Source: Saccostrea cucullata (Eukaryota). Taken from it: a DNA stretch of 64,000 nt. The notes below the pieces were generated by a model. It was given only the letters and a program-made list of their open reading frames with translations. It did no database searches and was not told where the DNA came from. A program made the translations under genes and the position numbers. Shown piece by piece: positions 13,273 to 28,200 of this stretch (the stretch's first letter is position 1; every line of letters begins with the position of its first letter). The stretch lies in the NCBI RefSeq assembly GCF_032062105.1, contig NW_026936852.1, positions 372,001 to 436,000 of the forward strand, given 5' to 3'.

Positions 13273-16200
13273 CTAAAAAATAAAATGGACACAGAGATCA
13301 TAAACATTTTTGTTTTATGTGATTACTTTTCTGAATAAGGTATAGAAATTACAGTATAAAGCCCAATCGCATGGATATGACATCAAATGGATCAAATGAA
13401 ACCATGACTGCACATTAAAAATTTTTCTGCATAAATGATTCAATGGGTAATATACAGACTGAGTTACAATTTCATTTTGAAGTCATCAATCAAACTTTTG
13501 CTTTAAAATGATTGCAAAGTAACCAATAAGCTTTATAAATATCATATCTTCATTAAGCTTTATAAAATACATGTATCACATCATTTTAATTCTGTTTAAC
13601 ACTGAATAGCAAGCAGTAAGGAGAGTTACTCCCCCTACCTTCAGCCATGTCCTCTGTTGTGAGACCCAGCACAGATTTGGACTTTGTAGGAGATGGAAGC
13701 TTATTAGCATTAAATGGGCGGGGAATGTCAGCGTTGTCGTACATATCTCGGAACTTGTCTGTAAAGGTCCCTTTGAAGTTTGTGTCCTCGTCCTTGATGA
13801 AGATGTACTTGGGCTGAGGTTTGTGGTGTTTTCGTCGACTCATCTGTAGAATGACCTCGTCTGTAAACTCCTCCGCCCTCTCTTCCTCCTGTCTCTCCGG
13901 CTCCTCCTCATCTTCTTTGATTGGCTGACTCGTCAGGTCACGATGGCTCTGCTTACCTCCCGTTACCCATTTCATATAATCAGGCTCGGATTCTGCCTGT
14001 AATTTACAAAAATATTTATTTAAATCCTATACCAATCTCTGGACATCTCATGTTTATTTCTATCAACAAGTTATTGCTCTTATAATATCCAACTTCAAAT
14101 TATTTAAGAAAAAAAAATTTATAATGAAAGTATAACAAGGAGAAAATGACATGCCAAATAAGCAAAATGTTCACCTTCAAACAAATTTAATACTCTATGA
14201 TTAAGTGTAACAAAAGTAAGAATTCGGTCCAAAGTTTTCTTAAAACTATGTACACTTTTAGTACTTTTGCAATACATGTAATAACTACTTTATATTAATT
14301 TTTATCATTTAAAAAAAATGTCTCTACGGTAGCCTATTAAACTTCCTATAGGAATAACCTGACTTACAAGGTCATCAATCCAGGAGGGTAGGTACCGCCC
14401 CACCCCGTCCTCTTCGGGGTCTACTGAGGCTACTTCTGGGGGCGGGTTATTGTGAATCAGAATATTGGTTCGGTCTTCGTTGTTTTTAGAAGCTCGGAAC
14501 ATCAGGTCTGTCTTGTGTTTGTAATGTCGTACTCGGGCAGACTTAGAGTGGTCCTGGAGTCTAGCTAACTCTGGAACCTGTGTACAATGAAAATAAATGA
14601 TATGAAAAATAACTTATAATTGTGTTAATACTTATGCTGTTAATTTCTAATTTATAGTTTATTTTAAATTCTTAGAATTTAAAATAAAACTATATAGATT
14701 AATAAGCCAAATTCATTACCGGTATTAACATGCAAATGAGTACAATTTTTGTCACTACATAAACATATTTTCTAATACATGTACACTTGTAAAATTTTGC
14801 TGATTTAAATTTTTTTGAATTTTTTTCGTATAATTTTGTATTGTAATAATCCCTCCACCACAGACAGAGACATGAGTTGCTTACATCTTCCTCTGCACAG
14901 AAAAACCTCTGAACTGGGGGCCGATCCTTTCCTACACTCTCCCGTACAAAGGCCCCAAACGTGTCCTGCCAAGGTCAATAGGTCATGTTACATGTAATTA
15001 AGGTTAATTATATATATACATCATGCAATTCATCAAAGCATCATGCAGTTTCTAATATAATTACATATTAAAAGTTTTTTAAAAAAATTAAATTCATATA
15101 AATAATAAAAATAATTATACATATTTTATTGGTCTTCAAGTTTATTATACAGTTGATTTAAAACATATTAAATGTTGTTCAAAGCATGAGTATGTTACTT
15201 ATTTATTCATTACTGCTTATCTGATTAAATGATACATATATACATTGCAGCTAATTAATAAGTTTAAGCTTTCTGAAATAAGCATGGTTACTGTAAAATC
15301 ACATACTTTCATGGGATTAAATTTTCGTGGTTTGAGTAAAAACTCTTGGTTCGAGGGGATTTGAATTTGTGGATGAAGAATTGTTAAGTAGTTATGTAAC
15401 ATTTTACATTTCATGGTGGACATGAATTTGTGGGTCTCTTTATATCTCAATAAACAATGAAAATTATTAACCCCCCCCCCCTGAAAATTTGTGATTTCCC
15501 AGTAATATAATATAGTACCAATCAGCAGTATAAGTGAAGCTCATAGATTTTCCCTTTCTACCTTTAATTCCTGTGGTATGTGGGCGTCGGCCTTTAGAAG
15601 TCGGATCTGGGATTCATCTCTCAGAGTCTTCAACAGTCTCTCCACCCCAGCTCTACCTGTAAAGGACAAAGTTTGGATCTTGTTTGTATTACATAGCCTA
15701 CAATTGGCAGCGCACACGAATTGCACATTTAGATAGTCAACAAATTATTTCCCTATCTCTGGCTTCACAGATCTCATAGCATCATCTAAGTATTAAACCC
15801 TTGTCAGCATCTACTAGACTAAATCAATCAGAAAAGCTAAATTTTTAGCTTAGCGCATTTCTTAATTAAATCCACAATTAAATCGTACTACTTTAAGGCA
15901 CACATATTTAGGTTAGGTTAGGAAATGTTAACAATGTACCAAATCTAAATTGAACCAGCACAATTATTATCCCTCTGCAGTTAATTTATACACAGCTCTA
16001 ATCACATAGGCCCCGTTTTATGAAAGTTTCTTGTTCTAATACCCAAACAGAAAATTTAATGGAAATATGCAATTTAAAGAAGTTTTTAAAAAATAATTCC
16101 TAACAAAAAAAACAGAGGCCAATAAAAATCTTTCCAACATTCAATTGCTCTGATTAAACTTAAATTTGGTAGTCAAAAGGCTTGTTAAATGATGACATGG

Positions 16201-19200
16201 TGATATACAACGTGATTTGGTTCATACTCTTTATAACCAATTGAAGAAAATGTCAAATTTTAACATACAAATCATTAATTAACTTTCTTACATGATAAAG
16301 AAATTCTCTTTTTCTTCAATCAAATACTTCAAGAACTAGAAAGCTTTACATTTACACAAGTCTTCAATGTACACAAATTTAAGTTTAATATAATCCATCC
16401 TACACCTAAGTTTTTTTAAAAAAAAAACCAGTGACTGTTAAAAACTTTCAACAAAGGAAAACTGGCAAACTGATCATACAAGAGTTATCTCTCTTTAAAC
16501 AATAAGCTCATTAAGCAATTCTGATAGCGATCAATTTGCCAGTAGGTTGTGGGGAAAATAACACAGGGAATAGTCACAGCTGGGGACAAGGGGGATAACT
16601 CTTTACCTAGGGGATCAAATGTTGAATCAGAAGTTTCCTGTCTCCTGCGTTTCCCTGTGAGAAGGCAAGCGATAATATACAACATGCATGCAAAGCTACA
16701 TATCAAAATGATGACTGAAATATTTATATGAGAGTTATGCATACAAATGATTTAATAAATGACATAAATGGGCACACAACAAGTCCTAAAATAAGGATAC
16801 ATTACTATAGACATACTTTTTTCCATCTGGGAATTTTTTAGGCTATGCATTGTACGAGATATAAATTTCCTCCTGAATGTTGAAACAGTGTACTTGAAGA
16901 ACATATATATAATCACACAATACATATATAAATCTGCATTTTTTTTTTATCACAGATTGCATGAACAGAATTTTTAAGTCTGCAGAATTATGACCTAGCT
17001 GAAAAAAGTACGTTTACAGCATTTGGGAAAAAAAGGAAAAAAATCAAACATTATATGAACTTTTTTCACCATATTTAATCAAACTAGCTCTGAAGGGGGG
17101 AGAACAATTTAACAACTTCACAAAAATAAAAATAGAGAAATTATGTTTGTAATGTGGAGAAAAATTAATTTTGAGTACTCTATACTATATGTCAATAAAT
17201 TGATTATACTGAGCAGCATTTCAAATTGACTGCTATATCAAGTTACTTCACTTAATACTGCAGGTTTGTACATGCATAGCTGGCAAAAGCTAAATTTGTG
17301 CACAATACATCAAAGAAAGAAAAGCTTCATATGACTGGAGTCATCCACTAGTGTGAGGATAGTCATTTTTATTCTTAGGAAATAGCAAAAATAAAGTAAG
17401 AGTTATTTTCTTTTAGCAAATTTATGTCTGAAAATATAAATTTGAATAAACAAATCATCATTGCAAGTCACTGGATTAGTGTCCATTCTATTTCCACAAA
17501 CAGAGAATGGACAGAAAACCTGTAGCTGGCGACGACGTAAACTATTAATTTGCAGAACAGATTTTTTAATGGACTTGATAGGCAATTTCAAAGAACTGTG
17601 AATGATAGTATTGTTCTCCTGCCTACCTTCAAGTCAATTTTCAAATTATTAACAAGCTACACTTTATTTGAGAAAAAAAAATATCCCGTCTATTTGAAAA
17701 AAAAATCCTATATGCATCCAGTAAGTAGTTATTCATTCATCAATTGACCCTTCAAAAAACTCAAATTTCCAATAGTGAACTGGCATTAATTATTTACAGA
17801 TATGGTAATTATTTCCAAAAAATTAGTACTCAAATAGGTCAACAAATTTTCAAGCTATCCCTGTAAATACTATTTTAGAACACTATCTGACTGAAGTACA
17901 TGTATCTAACTATCTGAATTAATAAATACTAGGATATACATAAAGCTATCTGCATAAAATGTACATGCCGACAATTCTACAATGAGTAAAAATTACTGAT
18001 TTATTATATTTCAGTCTAACAACCCACCTCCCTCCTTCCTCAGCTTGCTGTTAATAGGTTTAACAGCTTTCTTCTCGATCTTAGGATGCAGAAAATAGTC
18101 CGCACCCTTCCCCAGCACCTGGTAGAGTTGTTTTTGATGCCATGGTAACGGTTCCCCCTCGGGCATGCTCCATGAGGGATCGCGCTCCAGCAGTTCTGTG
18201 TTTGTGGGAGTGCGGCTGACGGGGGGTAGGTTGGGGTGAAAGCGTCTGGATTTAGAGGGCGTCCTCACAGGACTTGATGGGACGCCTGTAGAGGAAGGCG
18301 TGGGTGGTGTAGTGACCGCTGCTTTGGCTTTGGACTTTCTCTCTTTACTAGCAGACTTCCTATCTTCTTCTGAAAAACAAGACCAGAGAGTTGTGTAAAA
18401 GAGATTCTGTTTGTTTACACTGCATTTCTGTATTCAAAATAAAGCAAAAATCTGAGGGGTTGTATCAAATCTGATTTTTTATGCATTTTTCACATAAAAA
18501 ACAGCCAGATATGATCTAATAATATGTTTCGACAACCCAGACAATCATTGGATACTACTGGGATATGGCAGAGAATAGTTTTTCCAGATTTGGCCATAAA
18601 TCTAGAGTACACAGGATGTGGATAAGAACCCCCAATATTGATTTTCTTTTTTATTTTCAGACTGCTGAACAGATTTATTTAGATTTCCTCACATATCATA
18701 CACTTGAGTCATATTTATGACACAGAATCAAAACTTCTAGCTGCATTTCTATTCATCTGCACAGAATTGCTATCCACTGACTTACCAAATTGATATAACA
18801 TTTACTAGATGAATTTGAATTGCACTGCAATTAAAGTAAAACTTCTGTACATTCGAAAGTTTTCATTAACACTGCAAAATTACCTTGCATTATCAACCCA
18901 CATTTTGAATGTTTGTAGAATCTTGTACTTTCCATACAGTAAACACCAAAAAGAGTAAATAACAGAAAAAAATGTAGAAAAGTACTGCACACTTGTATTT
19001 GATTGCTTTTACCTTTGACACTCCCTCGTATCTTTAAAGTGAGAATTAAAATGTTGAAAACAAACACGAGAGAAAATAACTGCTGCTTCATTATTTTTTC
19101 TTTTCAAACAAAATCATTTTCAATTGATAAGATGAAGAAAATCTTGGGTTTACCTGTGATGGCCTCCAAACTGCCCAGGGAGGAGCTCACAGACCCTGAC

Positions 19201-22200
19201 AACCGGGTTTTGGGGGTGAACATAGTGAACAGTGACAGGGCCCCTACATAGTACAGTGAAAATCCTCACAGAAACTGGGACCTAGAGACCAGCAACCACG
19301 GTGTTACCGGCCCCTCAATTAATTCCAGCCGATAAATTATTAATTAAACACAAAAATCACCAATCTGCATTGTCATTGACTTTGTCCATAAAATATGATC
19401 AAATCACAATGTAAAGCACACTTGAGATAATATTTATATACACTGATCTATAGAACTGCACAAAGCTTTCAGATATGAAACAAATGTAGCCAGGTATGGT
19501 TACAAATGCATGGAGATATTATGTTCGGATAATCCTTGTAGAGTTACAGCCTGAATTTAATTCCCTTTGACTTGCAACCAATAGAGGCTCTGTTAATCTT
19601 CATTAAGATTTACAGATTATATTTACTTAAGTCCCAGTGAGAGAGATTTATTAATCAAGCTTTATGTTACATGACTTACAGGTAACAAGACAAGGTTAAC
19701 GAGCCCGGATCACCTCTGCTATTTCTTTTAATTTACCTGTAGTACAAGGTAATAGACACCTGAATAGCTAAAGAGTTTAATCCATACCTATTTGTTTCTT
19801 TGGTTTTTTTTTCCAGGAGAAATTTCTGTTTTTATATCAATCAAAGATACTGCAAACAAAATGCAAACTTTATGAAATATGCATAATATATGCATATATA
19901 GTTTTCATGTTTAAGATAATTTCTCTTTGCAGGTATGTACAAGAGCATCTGACAGACTTTTTTACCTTGTAACCTGACACTTCATTCAGTGCAGCAATGT
20001 CATCCTACTTTGCTAATTCACCTGTGATTATTTTGGTTGCTAAACCTGTATAAACATGCTAATCTATACAAACTCAAAAGATCTGCTTGAGATTTAAAAA
20101 TAAGGAAGCAGCATTCTTTCAAGTAGCAATTTGTTATAATGACATTATAAAGTTACAATGGGTAACTTTGTTAACCATTTCATGACACCCAATGTAAACC
20201 TCTTCATTATCATATTAAGTTACCTAAACATCAACTGGAGATTGATCATATCACTTTTTAAGACTGCATACAAACACTTCCCTGCATATAGACTGATTAT
20301 TTCTATATTAGTTTATATCTATATTGGTTTTCAGTTACTATCACTAACTACCTTACAAAATGATTATTTCCATATGAGTTTAAATGTATATATTAGTTTT
20401 GGGTTCTGCTGATTTACACATATTTACAGTGAATACATGTATTTCAAACAGATTTCACAATAATACAGAGAAGCATGAGACGAAATCTTGATATTCAGTT
20501 ACATTTATGTCCATTAATTACTTAAACACTAGAATTTCTCAGGATAAAAAAAACTGAACAGTTAAACACGATTTTGACCAAAATAAACAAAATTTAATCC
20601 CCAACAAGTCTCTATTTCTGCTTTAACGCTTTAATTACGTGTTGAGTGATCATCTAAAGGTCCTCATATCTTTCTTTTTTTTTAAATAGAGTGTATAAAA
20701 ATAAAGATTTTTCTCTCTTCCCCCCCTCAGATCACCTCGGCTGATTCCATCTAATGTAGATGTTGTAAGGGACCGAAATCTGCTGAGGTGAGCTGCATGT
20801 CTCTACCCCATGTGAATCTTCTAATTTAGGAGGTAGAAAAAGTCCCACATTAACTCACCTATAGAGTTTTTACACTGCTGGAGTAAGGCTGACTCTTTGG
20901 CCTGCTTTTTAGCCTTTTCCAACTCTCTTTGCTGAAAAAGACAAAAATTTGTTGTTTTACATATAAAATATCCACCAAAAACTACATACCTGAATTGATG
21001 AGGAATTGTGTTGGTTATTAAAAATAACATATTTATACAGTCAAAACTCATTTTCTTGACCTCAATCTTCAAGGTTAAAAAAATAAAGAAAGCAAGGTCT
21101 GAATAATCAAATTACTGACATATATCCCTGATTTTTTAAGATATCCCTTTAACTAAATTCAATTGTATATACAAAATTGCCCATCAGAATAGATAAGAAT
21201 GCAGTGTTTCCTGGCATTCTTTTTATGTGAAAATAAATTCAATGTGCAAACAATCTTGCACTTCTCCTGCAAGTTATAGTTTATGGCCTATATACTTGTT
21301 CATTATGTTCCCAACCCCAGTAAAACATGACAATTTGATCAACAAATGGCAATTTACAGTAGCAATTCAAATAAATTGACTGTTTAATTTCATCTTCACA
21401 AGCAAAGCATGGAAATCAATAGTGAAAAGAGAAACACAATACAATTAAGACACAGGACAATTAAATATCAACAAACACAATCAGAAAAAATCAGAAAATA
21501 ACAGGTCTATAAAATGATCTAGACTATACTGTGCCTTTACAATATATGATATAGTGTTTTAAGTTTGAAGGCTTCAGTTGTCAGTCAATCTATCTAAAAA
21601 GGCATAACTGTGAAACAAGAGCAGTGCAATCAAACAATGACGGACCATATACCCATGAACATCTATAGAAGAGAACAAAGGACTAGGAAGAACCCAGTGT
21701 CTTAGTGGTGAGCTTTACATAATGTGTCCAGTCAACGTTACAAATATCTGAAAATATACTTGTCTGAAGGAAACCAGCCGAAAATCCACCAAGCACACTT
21801 ACATGCATTATATTGGAAAATTAAAATTCCTTGCTAACAATTCTTTTTTCTTGAACGTTGTCTTTAATAAATCACATATCAGATTTCTGAAAGAGTTCAT
21901 CCATTCCTTGAAGACAGAAGTATAAATTCCAGAAGCCTTTGTTTCATATCTCAGACACCTTTAAACAAGATTTAAGAAACTTTTAAATTTCTCATTTAAA
22001 TTCATCCACAGAACATTAAAAGACATAGATTCTATACCATGAATGAAAATGTTTCTACATTCTTAGTTTAAAATGAAATATTTAGCACCTTTGTAAGATG
22101 CTGCAAATAATGGGTTCAATCTCTTATCAGCATGATAACATTCAATTACAATCAAAGCATTGCCTCCATTTTAATTAAAAGATCATTTAAATTTCATGAA

Positions 22201-25200
22201 GTATTAGATTTGCCAAACCAGCAGAGTAATGGAATCTCTTGCAATATACAATAGCACCATAAACACATTCATGCTTGACTTCCCTTCACAAGTAGGTATC
22301 TCATTAAGTATTACTAATTAACTGCTTTGAAGCTTTTTGCTGGCTCTTTCTTCTCAACAGCTCATGAAAAGGTAATATTTTTGCATATTAAATAGCCTTT
22401 ACACCAATAGAATTAATTTCCCAAAAGGCCTCTTTCAGTGACATCACAAAGACCCTTTTGATTGCACACTTTGACACACTACCTAGTACATATACTACAG
22501 ATTTCTTCTCTTTCTTTCATCACTACATCAATAAAGTTATTTCCCTTTTTCATTGTCTCTTTTTTTCTTACAACTTAAATCATGTACCAGGATCATCTTT
22601 ATCTTATAAAGTAGGTAGTATTCAACACATAATTAGCAAACTTCTAAAATCCTCTCCAAACTAGCAATATAATCTGAATTACATCTATCACTTGAATGGT
22701 TTTCACATCCCTTTTGTGTAGTAGTTGGTACGATGAAGTACCACTCAGACAAACTGATTTCAAATGGTGCTAGAACTGATTTCTCTATTCACCAGATGAG
22801 ACCAGGCTGTCACTAAGTGGCAGAGTTCTCCAGTTCTCTCCCTTGGATTTCACAATTCAAATGCAGCTCATGGATAAATTTTCTTTTTTCCTTTCTTCTC
22901 TGCTTAGACTATTTACTTTAGGGTTGCCTCCCTTAGCTGTCCTGTCTACTTTTCACTCTACAAATGGTTGAACAATTTGAAAACACTTTCGGGCCAATGT
23001 TTTCTCTTTGGTGGGGTTATTTCCAGTTCCCAACTCTCTTTATTGTCAGAATTGAATTATCTCCAAAATTCAAGCTGAAGTTTCTTTCCTTCCACATTTA
23101 CTTCCCTTCATTCATGCCATTCAATTTGTTTAAATTTTTTTGTCCTCCTGTATTATTACAAAAGTCAGCTGACCCCAAAACACAACTTGCAGACCTTTTC
23201 ATTTCCAAATTATCTTTTCTTTTCTTCACCTATACTTGCACAAGACTATAAATTTCAATATTCCTGCTCTTTGCCTAAACTGCTCGGAAACCCCCCTCAT
23301 CTATCATGCTACATCCCTGTGATTGCTTTACTGAAAATCTATGACCTATGTTTTGCCAGCAAGGTCCACTGACTCTGGAATGGATAACCCTCTACTTCAC
23401 TCTGCCCGACCATCAGATGAGGACTATTTAGCAATCACATATGAAGGACTCCTATCTATTGGCCATATCTAAGCCCTGGTTTGATCAATTTTTTATTGTT
23501 TTCTCTCCCTATCAGTTAATGCCCTATTGATTCCCTGAAAAACTTTCACATCAAAGCAATTTTCGTAAGAAATAGGGCTATATACAGTGATACACTGCCC
23601 ATTTACAGTTACAAAATTCTCAGGATTCTTTTTTTCCTTCAGTTGAACATGCACTTTAAAATTATATTTTCCTAAATTAATTTTCCAAACAAAGAATGAA
23701 AAGACTACTAGTAATTTCCTTTTTTTTGTTGCTGTTTTTCCCCTGGTATGGATTATTCATGATTGCTGAAGTCAGAACCTGTAAAGAAATCAACTGGTTA
23801 TGGTTGTCTTCAGTCTGAGAGAGACCAATTAAGACAAGTGCCACAGTTCTATGTCTTCCTTCACACCCAATAACCTCTGGAGGGGTCAACGATCTACAAC
23901 TTCTTAGACTTTTTCTGACACTGCCCAACTGCAATCATCATCTTGTAGTATTTAACTATTTTGGCAGCTATATGTAAAAATAAAACTTACTCCGTAAATG
24001 AATCAATTGACAATTCGGTACCGGCAAAATGCTGACGTAATGAACTATTGACAATCAAGGAAACCCCTAACAATGCAACATCTGAAATGCTTCATGCACA
24101 ATTAATTAATATTGGATCTAAAAACTATACAACACAGAGAGGAAATAAAAGGCTCATGTGAAAAACAGCCCAACTTCACTTAAGTTTCTTTCTACATTAA
24201 AACTAAATACATAAATTTGTATTACCTGAAGAAGTGTAGCTTATCCAAACTTAACATGCAGCGAACGTACGAATCGATGGATACACTTCAATGAAATCAA
24301 TGATGAAACCCGCTGCAGAATTCCCCCGTCTTACAAATCTACTTTATAATTGATTAACTTCAGAAAGGCTCAACTTAATTGGAGAATGCATGCCATATTT
24401 AATATCTATACATTCATATACAGAATAGGAAAGCCTTTTCTTGATATGAATGATATGCAGAATCTTATTGAACCTTCAACATAAAGAGCAAACAAGTACC
24501 TGCAACATTGTGGGCATTTCCAGCAGTAATTGTGCCCTGTCCTTTAAATCCAGTGCTGGATCTCCTTAACTTACAGCAGATTCTATAACAAATCTCCTCA
24601 TCACCAGACGGTCCATCATTCAGCATTTGGCCCAAATTTAATGAACTTGTATTTATGTTTGGTTTGAGAACTAGTCCGCTGGAGGATCAATAAAAACAAG
24701 CAATGTGAATCAATATATAGATGTAGCTCCTAGTCCCAATAAATTGTTAATGTAGAGAGAAACCAGCGAGTCTCAGAACTTCCATTCACCCGTGGAAAGC
24801 ATCCTAGAAAAACATGACAGCGTTTATTACTCCAGTAAACTATTAAAACCACGAGACATTCGCTTAGGAACTGCAACTTGGTTTTATGCAAGAAAACGCT
24901 AGATAAATGTCTGGAGCTCAGTATAGCTCAGAATATTTATGTTAACTATACAACTCCTAAGTCTGGACAGTAAGTCTTGTCAATCATTCTACCAATGACC
25001 CCCTGTCTCTCCTGAATTCTTATTGACCACCTCTAGGGCTTACAATGTATAGCTAAATGGCCATCATCTATAACAGAACGTCAATATAGCACAGAGTGAA
25101 CACTCCAACATCTTTTGAACTGTTTATGACCACCATTACAAAAGTCCACTTTCCAGACTCTTAAGAAGGGCAAAAGCACAACAGTTGTATCTAAACTTCT

Positions 25201-28200
25201 AGGTTACTCTCACCTGCTTTACCCTCTCTTTATGTTCCATGAAGCCTTCTTATGCACTTTTTGTCACAGAAAGACTTTTCTCACTGCAATTCTTTTTTTT
25301 TTTTGCATCCCTTTCTGAAATTCTATCCACTGACAAAAATGGCTGCCACTACTGACTGCCAATCCTAATGCATTGTGAAGATCTTATCCAGATATGACAA
25401 ATTCTTTGATACAAAGTTCCAAGACAAAACACCCAGTGAAGCAGTATCCACAGTATGAATGATTTAAATGCTGGAACCAGTGAGATATATACATATAACC
25501 TATATTTGTCTTTTATCACAATCATCAGGGGACCATTAATAATTCACACAATCATTCAGCTATCTTCTTCCTCAATCTAAGTTTTCAAACAAAGGATTAC
25601 CTCAAACAATCAAGGTTTGACTATGTTTGGAATCCAAGCTTCTCTCTGTTACCCAAGGGAATGCTGACACTGAGTTCATTCCTTTCTTCCCAGAAAATGT
25701 AACCAAACATGCTATGCAAAACTATTGCAGCAAAGCAAAATTGACTCCAAATGGGCTATGTTTTACCTTTAAGAACAAGAATTTTTTTACGCAAAACTAT
25801 TTAAATGCAATTCTTTTTTAAATATAAACATAGGTAATCAGAGATTACAGAGCTCACCTCAACGAATGTTGTCTTTAAGTAAGGCAAAGTCACACAATTA
25901 ACCAACAAGAAGTGTACATTCCAAAGATGAAAATATTTAAGCAATTTTAATCTGAATTTGAAATAGAACAACATAAAAAATTTAAACTAGTTCTTCTTCA
26001 TGAAAATGTAATTAAAATCCAGCATCTGAAGCAAATTTGAGAGTTTTCATCTCTTGATGCAACATTTGTGCAAGTTTGGTTTATACAATGTTATATAAGC
26101 CTTATAGTTTTTTGGTAATAGACCTGCACCCATAACTTTTACCTGGTCTATTATCTGAAAATATATGTCGAATTCAGCATCTGAAGCAAGTCCATTAGTG
26201 TGCATCCTAAGATGTATCATCCATGCAAGTTTGCTCATTATAGGGCTCATAGTTAATTGGAAATGAAACATGCATCAAAAACTAACATTTTCATTCAGCA
26301 ACAAAAAGTAGGTCAGATTCAGCATCCGAAGCAAGCCCAGTAGTATGCATCCTTATATGTATCATCCACGCAAGTTTGGTCATTAAAGAACTCATAGTTA
26401 CTTGGAAATGAATCATGCACCAAAATCTTTAACCTATTCACTCAACTGGAATATGTAGGTCAGATACAGCATCCGAAGCAAGCCTAGTAGTATAAATCCT
26501 AATATATGTATAATCCATGCTAGTTTAGCCAACATAGGGCTTATAGTTACTTGGAAATGAAACCTGCACCAAAAACTTTAACCTGTTCACTCAACCAGAA
26601 AATGTAGGTCAGATTCAGCATCTGAAGCAAGCCCTGTAGTGCATCCTTAGATGTATCATCCATGCAAGTTTGGTCAACATAGGGCTTACAGTTACTTGGA
26701 AATGAAACCTGCACTAAAAACTCTATCTTGTTCACTCAACCAGAAAATGTAGGTCAGATTCAGCATCCGAAGCAAGCCCAGTAGTATGCATCCTTAGATA
26801 TATCATCCATGCAAGTTTGGTCAACATAGGGCTTATAGTTACTTAGAAATGAAACCTGCACCAAAAACTTTTACCTGTTCACTCAACCGTAAAATGTAGG
26901 TCAGATTCAGCATCCGAAGCAACCCTGGTAGTATGCATCCTTAGATGTATCATCCATGCAAGTTTGGTCAACATAGGGTTTATAGTTACTTGGAAATGAA
27001 ACCTGCACCAAAAACTTTAACCTGTTCACTCAACCGGAAAATGTAGGTCAAATTCAGCATCCGAAGCAAGCCTGGTAGTATGCATCCTTAGATGTATCAT
27101 CCATGCAAGTTTGGTCAACATAGGGCTTATAGTTACTTGGAAATGAAACCTACACCAAAAACTTTAACCTGTTCACTCAACCGGAAAATGTAGGTCAGAT
27201 TCAGCATCCGAAGCAAGCCTGGTAGTATGCATCCTTAGATGTATCATCCATGCAAGTTTGGTCAACATAGGGCTTATAGTTACTTGGAAATGAAACCTAC
27301 ACCAGAAACTGCACCAAAAAGGTTAACCTGCTCCAAAAACATTAACCTGGTCATTCCTTTGCTGAAATTGCAGCATCTGAAACTTTGACTGGTACAATGA
27401 AACACACTAGAACCATCTTCCATGCATGTCTAATCAATATAGGACATAGAAGTACTTAAAAAGAAAACTGCTCCAAAAAACTTAACCTTAACCTGGGACG
27501 CCGACGCCGACACCGACGCCGACGCCGACGCCGAGGGTATTACATAAGCTCCCCCAACTTCGTTGAGGTGAGCTAAAAACGACCATTGACCTAAAATTGT
27601 TTTGTAACCTCCCTTCCCCTGCTGTCTTTTCTATCCTCCTCCACGTGTACACTTGTACCTGTGAAACCATCAATGTGGTATAAACAAGTTTGAAGCAATA
27701 AAAACCGGAGTTATCTCTCCCTGAAGCACACTAATGACCCAGGACTACAACCAAGACAGGCAGAAATCAATTTCTCCTCTTCACCTTCCTATCTCGGTCA
27801 GTAACCTAGGGAAGCTGTATAAAAAAAAACAACAGTCCCAATACACCCTTTCTGTCTTGTCAGTCATACATAAAAACGGAGAGAAAAAAAAGGCCGAGAT
27901 AACAACACCATAAAACCATCTAGCACTGCTGTTTTATGTGTGGCCTAGCTTTCACATCCTAAGAAATGTCCGCCTCCAATACTTTTTATTTACCTCCCTT
28001 TTTTACAGTTAAACTTCATAATCTTGAACAATATAATATATCAAATCCTAGGGACATGTCAATGTAATGTAAAGTCCTAACACCTTTTTTTTTTTTTTTT
28101 TTACCCTTGTTATCTTTAATGCAGCTTGGATATCTTGAAGTTTTATCTGTCTTGTAAAGTTCAGGATAATGAGATTTGACTGTATTACTTTCAGCAAATA

